This document shows, piece after piece, positions 13,416-25,125 of a stretch of 64,000 bases of DNA; the first letter of the stretch is position 1, and each line of letters opens with the position of its first letter. A program made the position numbers and the translations under genes. The notes under the pieces were generated by a model. The model saw nothing but the letters and a program-made list of their open reading frames with translations. It did not search any database and was not told the DNA's origin. Source of the stretch: Perkinsus chesapeaki ATCC PRA-425 (lineage: Eukaryota; Protista; Perkinsozoa); NCBI GenBank assembly GCA_013115145.1, contig JAAPAO010000034.1, positions 1 to 64,000 of the forward strand, written 5' to 3'.

Positions 13416-14903
13416 ATGGCCGCCGCTGCAACACCGGCTGGCACTACTGCTGATGTTGCTACCGATCGACCCTCAAGTGGAGGCACTAGTATAGCAGCCG
13501 ATTCTTCTATTTCTGTTAGCAGTAGCCCCGTGGCTTCATCATCATCGACAAGAGGAGATCTCAAGGCAGGAGGCGCCTCTGACTACACTCTAGATGCCAA
13601 GCCAGTACAGGAAAAGTCTTTCTTTGCTAGAATGACTCAGCTGAATATTCTTGCCCCTGATGGACGGTTCAGTGCAGTTTTCAATCTTGCTGCTGCTACT
13701 CTAGGTGCTGGTGCCTTAGCAGTTCCTGTATCTATATTAGATGCCGGAATTGTTGGTGGTGTTATATTATTGTTCGTTATGGGTGTATTGTCGCTCCTAT
13801 CGATTATAATGATAGCCAAGGCATGTTACATTACAGGGAAGCCTTCCTATGAGGAGCTGTTGGAGCATCTTTTCGGCAAGGGTGTGTGTTACGGTTTCGA
13901 CGTGGTAATGATTCTATTCTGTTTCGGAACATGTGTTACTTATCTTATTACGATATTTGATATTCTTTATCCGGTTTTCGTCCACTTCATCGGACCTGAT
14001 CCCAGCAACTGGTTCCTTAAAATCTGGGTTAATCGCATACCATTCACAGCAGTTATCGCTATCATTGTGTTGCTTCCCCTATCCTTGAGAAGCCACATCA
14101 GCGAGATCCGATATGTCACATTTTTAGGAGTACTTGGTGTTTTATTCCTGGCCATCACTTCTATTTATGTCCTTTGCCGATATGGTGTATCGGATCATCT
14201 ACCAACTGATATGGTATCTCCAGTTAATGGTTGGACCAGTATGTTAGCAGCTATAAATACATACACCTTTGCATATTGTAATCAACCTAATGTGCCGGAG
14301 ATCTACATCCAAGTCAGAGATCCGACCCCGAAGAGGTTCATCCCTGTTGTGGTATGGACAATCGCAGTGTGTTTCATCGTCTATGTTACGGTTGGTATAA
14401 TGAACTTTTTAGCTTTTGGTATGGATGTGCAATCATCAGTTATCATCAACTTGGGACAGTTTATATCTCAAGGTGATGTTATGGTGTGCATTTCATTCGC
14501 TTTGGAGTGCATTACTATTATTGGTGCCTTCCCATTAGTTGTGTATCCTCAACGAAGTTCTATAGTTCACTTTGTATCGGCATGTTTGCCGCCTAGGAAT
14601 GAGTGGTGGAAAAGGGTTTATGGTTGGATAGTAGTAGTAATAATTATTGGCCTATCATATGCAGTAGCTATTGCATTACCTGATGTAAATGTTATGTTGG
14701 GATTAGTAGGATCATTAACTGGTTCAATTGTTACATTTTATTCACCAGCTGCATTCATATTGAAGATATCTAAGAAGCCACTGTTAACCTTAGACCTTGA
14801 ACATTTAATCTGTTATGTACAAATAGCTGTTGGAACGTTCGCGTTTGTTTTGGGTACCTACGCTTCAGTTCTTGGTGTCATTGACTACTACTCTTCACAG
14901 TAG
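13416..14903 (+). CDS. Amino acid transporter, AAAP/Aa_trans (SLC38-like), intronless, copy 1
   Basis: Single ORF with AVFNLAAATLGAGALAVP, YTFAYCNQPNVPEI, LVGSLTGSIVTFYSPA and many hydrophobic segments; ATG at 13416 follows a tttcag acceptor-like site. Confidence 0.93.
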   Translation: MAAAATPAGTTADVATDRPSSGGTSIAADSSISVSSSPVASSSSTRGDLKAGGASDYTLDAKPVQEKSFFARMTQLNILAPDGRFSAVFNLAAATLGAGALAVPVSILDAGIVGGVILLFVMGVLSLLSIIMIAKACYITGKPSYEELLEHLFGKGVCYGFDVVMILFCFGTCVTYLITIFDILYPVFVHFIGPDPSNWFLKIWVNRIPFTAVIAIIVLLPLSLRSHISEIRYVTFLGVLGVLFLAITSIYVLCRYGVSDHLPTDMVSPVNGWTSMLAAINTYTFAYCNQPNVPEIYIQVRDPTPKRFIPVVVWTIAVCFIVYVTVGIMNFLAFGMDVQSSVIINLGQFISQGDVMVCISFALECITIIGAFPLVVYPQRSSIVHFVSACLPPRNEWWKRVYGWIVVVIIIGLSYAVAIALPDVNVMLGLVGSLTGSIVTFYSPAAFILKISKKPLLTLDLEHLICYVQIAVGTFAFVLGTYASVLGVIDYYSSQ

Positions 14904-16073
14904 TAGTCTTATATAGTATGGATCAACGTTGCGGTATTCTTTGGCGAGTTTTTACTCAGTATCATCACCTTTACACAGTTTTGCCCTACTGGTTGAGCCT
15001 CGCCAATTCGACTGCATTCCCATATTCAGTGGTTGCTTGATGGCCAGACCGCGCTTGCGTGCTGCTAGCCCGGCGGCCTGTGTCTTCTTTCATCGCCGCC
15101 GTTACTGCTACCCTACTTTATTATTTTGGCATCTTATTTCTGACGTTTAGGCATCTGTTCGTTTGAATAGACGAGAATCGTTTTCGTGATTTCAAAGTAG
15201 CCTGTTGTTCCCCGCAACAGCACTGTGATTATCATCATCACCACGTTAAGTTGTTCCATATAAATTCTGCATAGACTGGTCGACATCGACTAAATCATTG
15301 TTGTCCAGTTACTCCTCCTGTTTCCTGACTAGAACACGTTCCTTCTACTTGTATTCGATGTGGTTCACTAGAACATGCGCTATTGGTGCGGTTCTTTACT
15401 GTACATCATCGAGTAGCTCATACGGTCCAGCCCCTCATAACGACATTACCAATGGTATAGTATTCTGCTGCCTGTTTAGCTCTTGGTACTGCCGTTAAGG
15501 GCAAATTCTGAAATCCAGATGATAACGCTATCGTTGTTATCTTCCGAGGCAAATGCTACTGTATAACCCTCAATGTCTCCTTGCTGGTTGTTGTTGTTAA
15601 CTCTATTCATTATACAGCATTAAAGCTTGCTCCTCGGATCATGCCCGATATAGGGGTGCTGCTATTACCGTCTGTGTTACTATTAAATTATCTATGTCTG
15701 CATATTCCTCTATGTCAGACATGTGTTCCTCAATAAGTTACAGTATCCTCATCAATATGTGGACATCGGTCAGACACAGTTATCATCATTAACCTAGCAT
15801 AGTTGCGTTAAAGATCTTGTTCTCTCTTTATAGCATTTTGTATACGAAATTATTTCATCGGTTTGGTGTGCAATGAACGCACTTTGGGGCTTTTATTTCT
15901 AATTCAAGAGAGATTCGAGGGTTCATTAGGGGCATTTTTGGAGAGTAGGAAGTTATGCAAGAATCGTGCTAGCTTAAGATAACGCTAGTGGTTGAGTGGT
16001 GGTGGCAGAACGATAGGAAGTTGTACTGTTAAAAGAGCTCATTTTATTTTCCAGCTTTTCCACTACCTCCGTC

Positions 16074-17465
16074 ATGCCTTCCAATGAGATGGGCTCAATC
16101 GAGATGTCTGAAATGAATGATAAAGTTGACTCAGATTGTATGAGTAACGGGCCGGCTTCAACCGAGTCCAAACCACCTGAGTCGACTTTGCGCCGTATAT
16201 TCCGTACTGGCCAAATTATTGCTCCCGATGGACGGTTTAGTGCCGTTTTTAACCTCGCGGCAGCAACCCTAGGTGCAGGTGCTCTGGCTGTTCCTATTTC
16301 AATTCTGAATGCTGGAATAGTCGGTGGATTATTGTTGTTGCTTTGTATGGGTTCATTGTCACTTCTGTCTATTTGGATGATTACTGTAGCATGCGATGCA
16401 ACTGATAAGCCGACATACGAGGATTTATTGGACTTCCTTTATGGCAAACGTATCGGTTATGTATTTGATCTGGTTATGGTATTATTTTGCTTTGGTACCT
16501 GCGTAACTTACATGATAACACTATTCGACATCCTATCGCCGGTGCTAGTGCATATCATTGGCCCAGATCCAAGCAACTGGTTCTTGGCTCTCTGGGTGCA
16601 TCGCATACCCTTCACAGCTATATTAGCTGTCGTTGTACTGTTACCTCTCTCGCTTAGAGAACACATCAGTGAGATCCGTTATGTAACCTTCCTAGGCGTC
16701 CTTGGTGTCTGCTTCCTGGCCATGACGTCTGTCTATGTCCTTGCTAGATATGGTGCATCGGATAATCTACCAACTGATATGGTATCTCCAGTTAATGGTT
16801 GGACAAGTATGTTAGCAGCTATTAATACATACACCTTTGCATATTGTAATCAACCTAATGTGCCTGAGGTTTATATTCAAGTCAGGAACGTTTCCCCTAA
16901 ACATTTCCTACCTGTTGTTGCTTGGACCATATTTATATGTTTTTCCGTCTATGCTACCATAGGTATTATGTGCTTCTTTGCCTTCGGTGTGGACCTAGAA
17001 TCGTCGGTCATTGTTAATATGGGCCAATATATCTCTCACGGTGATGTCATGGTATGCATGGCTTTCGCTCTAATGTGTATTACAGTGGTTGGAGCATTCC
17101 CTCTAGTGGTCTACCCTCAGAGGAGTTCGCTTGTCCATGCAATATCGGCATTTTCCCCACCAAAGACGGCCTTTAGAAGGCGTGTTTATGGTTGGATAGT
17201 AGTAGTAATAATTATTGGCCTATCATATGCAGTAGCTATTGCATTACCTGATGTTAATGTTATGTTGGGATTAGTAGGATCATTAACTGGTTCAATTGTT
17301 ACATTTTATTCACCAGCTGCATTCATATTGAAGATATCTAAGAAGCCATTGTTAACCTTAGACCCATTACATATCGTTTGCTATGTATTAATAGCTGTCG
17401 GAACTTTGGCGTTTTTACTAGGCACCTACGCCTCCATTCAAGGTGTCATTGATTACTACAACTAG
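16074..17465 (+). CDS. Amino acid transporter, AAAP/Aa_trans, intronless, copy 2
   Basis: 463-aa ORF paralogous to copy 1 with the same motifs. Confidence 0.93.
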   Translation: MPSNEMGSIEMSEMNDKVDSDCMSNGPASTESKPPESTLRRIFRTGQIIAPDGRFSAVFNLAAATLGAGALAVPISILNAGIVGGLLLLLCMGSLSLLSIWMITVACDATDKPTYEDLLDFLYGKRIGYVFDLVMVLFCFGTCVTYMITLFDILSPVLVHIIGPDPSNWFLALWVHRIPFTAILAVVVLLPLSLREHISEIRYVTFLGVLGVCFLAMTSVYVLARYGASDNLPTDMVSPVNGWTSMLAAINTYTFAYCNQPNVPEVYIQVRNVSPKHFLPVVAWTIFICFSVYATIGIMCFFAFGVDLESSVIVNMGQYISHGDVMVCMAFALMCITVVGAFPLVVYPQRSSLVHAISAFSPPKTAFRRRVYGWIVVVIIIGLSYAVAIALPDVNVMLGLVGSLTGSIVTFYSPAAFILKISKKPLLTLDPLHIVCYVLIAVGTLAFLLGTYASIQGVIDYYN

Positions 17466-17909
17466 GTCTATCTCTAGTAGGCCTAGAAAGGTGGAAATTT
17501 TGCACTTCTACCTGTCCGAATCATCCCCGGAGACGGTGGACCACGGTTTGTATTCTATGAAGCTCACTGACTTACCGCTACTACTATCACAGTATTAGAT
17601 GGTGTGGGTTAAGTCAGCGGGTGTTTTACCAATTTCTGTTCGAGGGGTTGGAGGGGCTAGGGGACAGCTAGAACTCAAGCTCACCTCTAATGTTGTTATG
17701 GTCATCACAGTCTCTGGTTTTTATTCAGTTAGTGTTGTGTTACCGCATAGTAGAGGTATGTGATAGGATGACTCCGTTCGGTGCCCGTATTTTGGTGCCA
17801 TTCGTTTGAATGTACACCGAAGTAGGAAGCGCAGGATACATTCATCTGGGCTGCTGTACGATGAGAACTGCAAGTTGTAGCCTTCTTTAATTGAATTCCT
17901 CGGCAGTTC

Positions 17910-19692
17910 ATGGCTCAAGGTTACGATAGTGTGAGATCGAAAGCATCATCTAACGTGCGTGCTGATAAGAAGGGCCCGTGCACCTGGGCCGACTTGGCTG
18001 GATACATCGGACTTCTTGCCTTCTCCCACTCTATAGTAAATGACGCTTGAAGTTTGCCCTATATACTCGACAAGGGTGGGTCAGGTGCTTTACTTGGCCA
18101 CGTCCATTCGTCTATACAGCGGACATGTCTTCAATCCAATGAGTCTGTGGATTGACGGTGGTTTAAGTACTTTAGCGAACGATGTCAAAAATAACTTCCT
18201 CGAGGCTTCCATCTGGTAGCCGTATTTCCTGTATTACTGTTTTGGTATTTAGTTATTCAGGTATGCTACCTTTATCGGTTACGAGATGTTTCTGGCCTTA
18301 GTGCTTCCGGGTGTAAAGGTTAAGGGGTTAGCTTTAGATAATGGTGACCATTTAATGTATAATTGTAATGCACTGGCCGCATGGTAATTTATATTTTCCT
18401 ATGGTAAATGAGTGATTGGCGCAATCAGGTATGTTACACTAGCTACTGTAGCAGTTTTACAGTTGACTGGAATTTGGTCCATCACCCGCTTGACAGGTTA
18501 CTACTATTCTCTGGTATTGGTAACGATGTTAGCTGCCGACCTAACTGCCATTTATATGTGGCTCACAGGGTAAGCCGAAACTTGCAGCTTGCAGCAATAA
18601 CATCTCGATCAGTTGGCTTGCGGGTAAATCCAGTGGAGAAGGTCAACTTGCCGACTTCGTCATGGGCACTTGGTTGAACCCCAGGCTTTTTGGCGGTCGC
18701 TTGGACCTCAAGATGTTCTTCGAGGTACGTCTCGTTTTTGATCGATCACATTATGCCATCAGGTCCGCGTCTCGTGGATACTCCTTTTCTTGCTCACTTT
18801 GGCGTGCGCTGTTGAGCGGGGCCTCACAGGCGGCATGATCGTTATCGTCACTGCCCATTTTCTGTACGCCAATTCCTGTGAGCTTTCCCCAGTTGCATTG
18901 TCTGGTCATCAATAACTTGGTTTCAGGCGTAAAGGGCGAAGAGTGCATCCCGACAACCTGGGATATATTTAAGGAAAAGTATGGCTTATTTTTCTCAATG
19001 GGCAACTGTGTCCCTTCAGATGGGGCTGGATGCTGATTTATTGGAACCTTTGCGGAGTACCATTCGTTTATTGCTTTTCAAGCTGGTTCATACTGGACAA
19101 TCCGGACATTACCCTTAAGCCCTGGCAAACAGGCATGCTCCTTGGCATACTCTTCTGCGCGTAGAATTCACATTAGTGTTTCTAGTGCCATAACTTTTCT
19201 ACTTCTAGTTACTATGTATTTGATACGGCAAATGCGCAGAAGAGTCATTTTCGCAATCCCAATCTGCCAGAACGGAAGGCTGCCTTCCCTCAATTCAGCT
19301 ACGGTAGATTGGAGAACCCGAAGGTCTTGAAGACCAAGTGTGGCTCTGAGCTTCTTATTGATGGATGGTGAGGAGCTCTTTTTGCATCTTGCTCTTTTTC
19401 ATGTTCTAACCAGGTATAAATACGCCCGTAAGATTCATTACGCGGCTGATTGGACAATGGCTGGTGTATGGGCGCTATCTTGTGGGACTTTCTCCAACTT
19501 GCTGCCCTTCGTACATTGGATATTTTTTACGTGCATGATTATCCAACGGTACTTCAGAGATAACACCCGTTGCAAAGCGTAAGGATTCAGTTCTCTGTAT
19601 GGAGATGAGGTCCGATCCTCAGGAAATACGGAAAGGACTGGGATCACTACTGCCAAGTCGTACCCTATGTCTTCATCCCGGGTCTAATCTAA
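17910..19692 (+). CDS. ERG4: ERG4-type sterol C-24(28) reductase (ERG4/ERG24 family), multi-exon
   Basis: Spliced exons give LVLPGVKVKG...YNCNALAAW, LNPRLFGGRLDLKMFFEVR, KGEECIPTTWDIFKEK, WMLIYWNLCGVPF, YKYARKIHYAAD...ALSCG, KYGKDWDHYCQVVPYVFIPGLI*, closest to the yeast ERG4 pattern. Confidence 0.88.
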
Positions 19693-20192
19693 AACCGACT
19701 CTAGTCCACGCTTGGTGGACAGCAGCTACATTGAATAGGTTTGTTGATGATAATGATGAATTGAAGCCACCACCACCTTACAGATTACTCGCTGGGTCCA
19801 AGTGTTGCGTTACAATCAGTGTGATTGTTACCATCCATGAACGACCCTCAATGTTAAGCGTGTGAATACACCACGGTCACAAACTACATTGCTAGTACAC
19901 GAGTATCATTCCGAGAGGAAATGATGAAATTGTAGATACCGAAAAAGAAATCGCAGAAAAACCGTTCTTGCTAGAGTTATTTTGCGCACTGTATGGCCTC
20001 AAGGAGGGCTAGTCCACCAGGATGGAGACAACCGCCAAAGTTATCTGTCGTATAGTACTATGCTTATTCCAGCATAAAGTCCCACCTTGCCTTCCCCTCT
20101 TGGTCATACACCAAACGCACTGAGGTAACACAAGTCATCATTCCAGTTGGAGACCACCACAATCTTTATTCATTCATGGCTGAAGGAATATT

Positions 20193-22005
20193 TCACTTTT
20201 TCTTGGTCTTGTTGCCGGCTGATGTCAGCGCCTCAAACTCTGTCTTCTCGTCGAGCCTATCCTCATAACCGCTGTCGACATGAAGGATTCTCCAGTCGCA
20301 CCTGTTTAGTCTCTAAAAGACATCCACACGTCGCTCCTACGTTGATCCATCGACAGCATCCTTATTGATATTAATGAAGTCGATGTATCCTTCTATGGGA
20401 ACCGTGCTGGCTCCTTGAGGATCGGGATAAGTTACAGCCACGCGTAGCACCTGTAATCTAAATACGAATATCGGCTTACGGAGATCTACCTGATGGGCTA
20501 TGCAATGCTGAGGTGAATTGACACGCCCGCAAACATCGCTATCGTTCAGTACAGTACAGGCTTTTGGGGCATCCTTCCCTTCGGACTGGCCATCTTGTTT
20601 AGCGGGCTACGGGTGTGGATTACTGGATGAAACGAGACCATCTTACTTCTAGTGAGGTGGCAACGGCTCCTATCAACTTTGCACGTACCAATAACCCGCG
20701 AACAGTCGGTAGAGCCCCCCTTGCAGTCACACAAGCCGGTGCTTCGACCGACCCTTCTGGGTTAAGCGTCCACCTGCCAAATGTTCTGTCGGTGATAGAG
20801 TGTCCTCCACGCACACATCTTCCTCGTCACTTCCCTCTTCACCAGTAGCTCGCTCACAGCACTTCATAAGTAGCTTAGTCGCCAAGTCGGTACGTGCTGG
20901 ACTCTCAGGGTTCAGACCTGGTAAGATGCTAGTACCATCAAGTCTACCAGGCCGCCCATAAGCCGCTGCACCTTCTCCAATGAGCATATTAATATTCTCG
21001 TTCAAATTAAGCGCTGCTTTGGCCACTCCAGGCTCGAGGAGGTTCCTATACCAGTGCATGTATTCGGTGACGGTTGTTTGATCTTGTCTGTCTATCCCAG
21101 AGTCGAACGACCCTGATTAGCCCATTACTCTGTGGTGGTTCAACAAGGGCTACCATGGAGGGACACCCCTTGAAAGGTCTTGCAGTTAACGCCTTCAACA
21201 AAGTGAGAATACGTTCCAAAGCCATGCATCTTCCCGTCATGCCACATACCCTCGTATCTGAGATATGACGGCTCGATCGGCAGTGGCCTTGGATCCCCAC
21301 GATTGTTCTCTTTGATGTCGGCCTCGAGGCATGGACCATGTGTACGTGCCATGGCCCTGATAGCGGTGGGTCTCTGGTGAGCTTTGCTCATCTACTTGGA
21401 CAGTATCCAAAGCAACAGCTTATGTGCTCTAACCTGTCCCTCGAGTGTGGTTGAAGTAGCCGGTGTAAGTGTCACCATTTTTGAACGTCTGTGTTCCACG
21501 TAATCGGCGGCCCCTCTGCCATGTGCCCTTGAAGTGACTGCCTATGAAGGACATACTCATTTCGGGAGTATTGCCATATAGCCAGCTACGACGGGAGAAT
21601 TGAAGATAGCGTAGACCTTCCGCCCATTGGCTCATTCACGGGAGGAGAAATCGGTATGAAATGCTGGCGAATTTGTGTTGTTGTATGGGTGCATCTGGGA
21701 GCTCCCCATTATCCAGACTTTGGATAGCTCCCCACGAGACCCTCACCGTGTATTCTGTATTCTCCTTTGCCATGTATGACTTTGCGGTACTCGACTGCGC
21801 CAGTGTCGGGAGCTGTTTCATCACCCTCACCAGGCTGTGATCTGCCTACTTGTTCCAGGATGTATCTGTTAACTCTCAGTTCTCTTATCGACAGTCACTC
21901 CTATGCCTACTCGCCACAATAGAGGCCGCCATTGGGGAACAGAAACGTCCCGTGACGAAGTCCTTCGGGGTTCTCGACTACTTCAGGGATTCCAGATTCA
22001 GACAT
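20193..22005 (-). CDS. MORN-repeat protein, multi-exon (3' end approximate)
   Basis: MSESGIPE...GTFLFPNGGLYCGEY, FKGTWQRGRRLRGTQTFKNGDTYTGYF, YQGHGTYTW, YEGMWHDGKMHGFGTY. Confidence 0.75.
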
Positions 22006-22054
22006 TGTGAACAGGCCACAGAACTGATTCATGTAACGCAAGATCAGCAAGGTG

Positions 22055-23497
22055 TCAGAGCTCGACCTGTCGGCTACTAGAAGGTTGTTCGTCCCGGAGG
22101 AACTGTTGCGGCCAACCTTGTGGCTTGAAGTGTATAAACACATTGGCAACTTCTCCACCTTCACCAAGCCTTCCAACTCTGCCGTGTGGAGATGAGGCGC
22201 TCTCATACAGCAGCAGTTCGCCCTCCTCCAGGACGATGTCTGCAAACTCATCATCAAAGCCTTGGATTGTAAGGGCCCATTGAGGCCCTTTAGAGTGCAC
22301 GTTAAGTATGCAGCTAAGCACATGCGTCATAGGCCTGTCAGTGTGCACGTGCAGCATGCTTCCCGCGCGGTACACCCTAACACCGTAAAGTGCGGTGAAC
22401 TCGAGAACGTGCGATCGTCTGGTCCATTTATACAACTGTTTCATACACTCTTGACGGACCCGGTCATGGAGCTCCTCCGGCAGCGTAAGCATCCAAGTGT
22501 CGCTTTCTGCCGAGGCCACACCTCCGCTCACCAATGGCATCTCCTCAGGCCTCGCTGTGGTGCGGGCCGATGAGTACCAGGCTGCGAGGGCTCCTCGTAG
22601 CCCGGTGGAGATCCGACTGCGCTTGTGACCTTGTGGAGTGAACCTCGGATACTTGAGATGAGCCTCTCGGCTATCAGCAAGGGCACCGTCGATGATCTGC
22701 TGCTGTGTAGGAGACCAAACAGATTCGTTCAAGGCGAGCTTGGCCATGACGAAGTTCCTGTCTGGGCGGGCACAAGCAAAGTTGTCGTCCACGCAGGTCT
22801 CTTGCCACTTCTTCACCTGAAATGCTGAGAGATGATACAGATGTCGCTCATAGAGGGCCACCTTCTCGGAGAGGTCGTCCACATTAAACTGTGTCCGAAA
22901 GAGTTGATCGCTGTGGTCTGTGTTACCAATGACTGTAGCCGCGGTACCGTTCAGATGCCACCATTGGAGCACCTCCTTAGTATCGGTATCCATGATGTCC
23001 TAACATGACCATGAGTCACCAGCCTCCTCAACGAGCGGCACCATACGTGTTTGCCGATAGCTAAGCTGAGGGTCGCTGGGGTGAGGCGAATGTCTCTGTG
23101 CTTTGGGGAGTACTCCACTACTGTTGCGTTATTTGTGTTATGGACGTTATCCCAGAGGGACTGTACCCTCAGCAAGGCCGATGCCGGCAGGGTGTATCTG
23201 ATGCCAACTTCCTACTTTCGATGGTATTGTGCAGCGTTACGAAGCGAACCGCTGTTGTTGTATTTTGCCAAGCCACTGCCAGGATGCATCTGAGGGGAAT
23301 TGAGTCTGATGATGCGGCTGACTGTTAGTCTGCTGCTGGGCATCACCGGTCATGAGGTCCTCCTCAGGGAGCATAACGAATACCTCCGCACTAGGCACTT
23401 GCTCTGTGACAAGTATGTTCACTCGAACGGTCTTAGAGGACCGCTCACTGTTCACTACAGTAGTGAGGCATATCAGAAGCGATGGATGAAAGCGCAT
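22055..23497 (-). CDS. Secreted 2OG-Fe(II) oxygenase-fold protein (prolyl-hydroxylase-like)
   Basis: 312-aa last exon with YGVRVYRAGSMLHVHTD (HxD), LLLYESASSPHGR (distal His) and NVFIHF; upstream exon starts with signal peptide MRFHPSLLICLTTVVNS; first intron not precisely resolved. Confidence 0.72.
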
Positions 23498-23699
23498 CCG
23501 ATTCCCTGAAGCCGACTGACTTCACTGAGTGGCCAGCATACCGACCATGTATTAATTAACAACTCCATTTCCAAGGTGTCAGAAACATGTAATAGGACGT
23601 AGCATTATATTAGCTTTATTCCTGACAGAATAACAGTGACATTATACGAATGCGGAAAACGGGAAGCTGCTACAACTATGAGGAAACTATACGTCAAGA

Positions 23700-24313
23700 A
23701 AAGACGGAGAACAACCAGCATCTATCGTAGCTTACATCTCTGGTCTTGCCCGTTAATCCGCAAATACGTTTGAGACCGTTACGCTTTATACCCAGTTTGG
23801 TGGACCTATCATCAGCTTCTGTCTGGTGTTCCAACAGCCTTACCGTCGCATCCTATTGAGCCGTTGGAAAAAGCCAGGACGCTTCGGTGGCCTGTAGTAG
23901 TTCTCTGCCCTGATCTTTCGGACCTTATCGTATCTGGTAGAAGCCTCTGCCTCACCGAAACCAGCGATACTTTGTCCACTTTTCCTTCTGTAGCAGTTGC
24001 ATTGCGAAGGTACACGTTTTAAAATGAAGCTTGGCGCTCTTCTGGTAGATCTCGTCGACTGTGGCGTCCAATAGGTTACTCGGGAAATTCCTCACCGGAA
24101 ATGTCGAGGATTTGAACTTCGTGATGACCTCCCTGTTACCAACACTTATCACTTATTACAGCGGTCAGCCTACCTTGCCGTCATACCAATGTAGCGGTGG
24201 TCATAGGGCCACGGCTCGTAAGGCAACTTAGTTGTTATTGGCTGACCGTATGGTCGCATCACGTTTACTTGCATCAGCAATGGGCCTGACGCCCGCCTCA
24301 CCAGGCCAAGCAT
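23700..24313 (-). CDS. Small basic multi-exon protein with possible mitochondrial presequence (uncharacterised; 3' end approximate)
   Basis: GT-AG chain gives MLGLVRRASGPLLMQ...PYDHRYIGEVITKFKSSTFP, DEIYQKSAKLHFK, KWTKYRWF, RKIRAENYYRPPKRPGFFQRLNRMRR. Confidence 0.45.
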
Positions 24314-24437
24314 GCTGCTCAACTGTTTGTCACATTACAAGGTACTCTTAACACAACAGCTAGGACGTGGACAACATAACCATTAATGGTTGTAATGATC
24401 GCCATATCATGCGACTGATGCTCATGCTTTTGAACAA

Positions 24438-24590
24438 CTACGCTTGCTTCTTCTTGCCGCCAAGCTTGCTGGCAATCTTCGAGAATATCCCCTTGCCCTT
24501 GCCTTTACGGTGTAGCTGGACTGCTTCAGTGGTGTCAGTCATGAGGGTGGCAATGAGGACCAAGGCGAGGGTGATACGAGGGAAATACAT
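24438..24590 (-). CDS. 50-aa secreted cationic peptide (not in ORF track)
   Basis: MYFPRITLALVLIATLMTDTTEA-VQLHRKGKGKGIFSKIASKLGGKKKQA*; hydrophobic signal peptide, T-E-A cleavage site, 7 of 8 Lys codons are AAG. Confidence 0.65.
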   Translation of the reverse strand: MYFPRITLALVLIATLMTDTTEAVQLHRKGKGKGIFSKIASKLGGKKKQA

Positions 24591-25125
24591 TGCTTTTAAG
24601 GGGTGTTAAAGATAACGCTGAAGTAGGGAAATGCGACCGTTGGCCGCTCAAACAACGGGAACTCAATATAGATATTAATCGAGGCACATTATACAGCGCA
24701 GTAGTAGACCGTATGGTAAGCACTCGTCGAATACAAGTGGTAAAGAGGGTAGATGAACAAGAATCTATCGGGTAGTACGCTGGAACGAGTAAGAGCAGGA
24801 ACTGTTGGAAAGTGAGTGTCTGATGATAAGCAGCATCGATGAACGGCGAGCCAATGCTAGTAGGACTTACAAAGAGGTTATCATACGTAGAAGAAGAGCT
24901 TATACAGAGTCCATAGAGTATGGGAGCCGACTGGCCTCAACGATCGCAACGCTAACGGCCGATTCTGGGCCGAATTCTGTAATTTCGCGGCGCAGGCGGA
25001 GCGAAGCGGTTTCCGTCCTTGCACTTTTGTAATATTGGGGCGGAGCGAAATTGTCGTCTCTGCGCGGAAGATATTTTCCCACACTGTTGCCTCCTCCTCC
25101 GCTTCCTTGTCGTCTCCATGTTATC

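Noticed and set aside
17721-19656. Apparent minus-strand gene
   Set aside because: The plus strand encodes a coherent ERG4-type reductase here.
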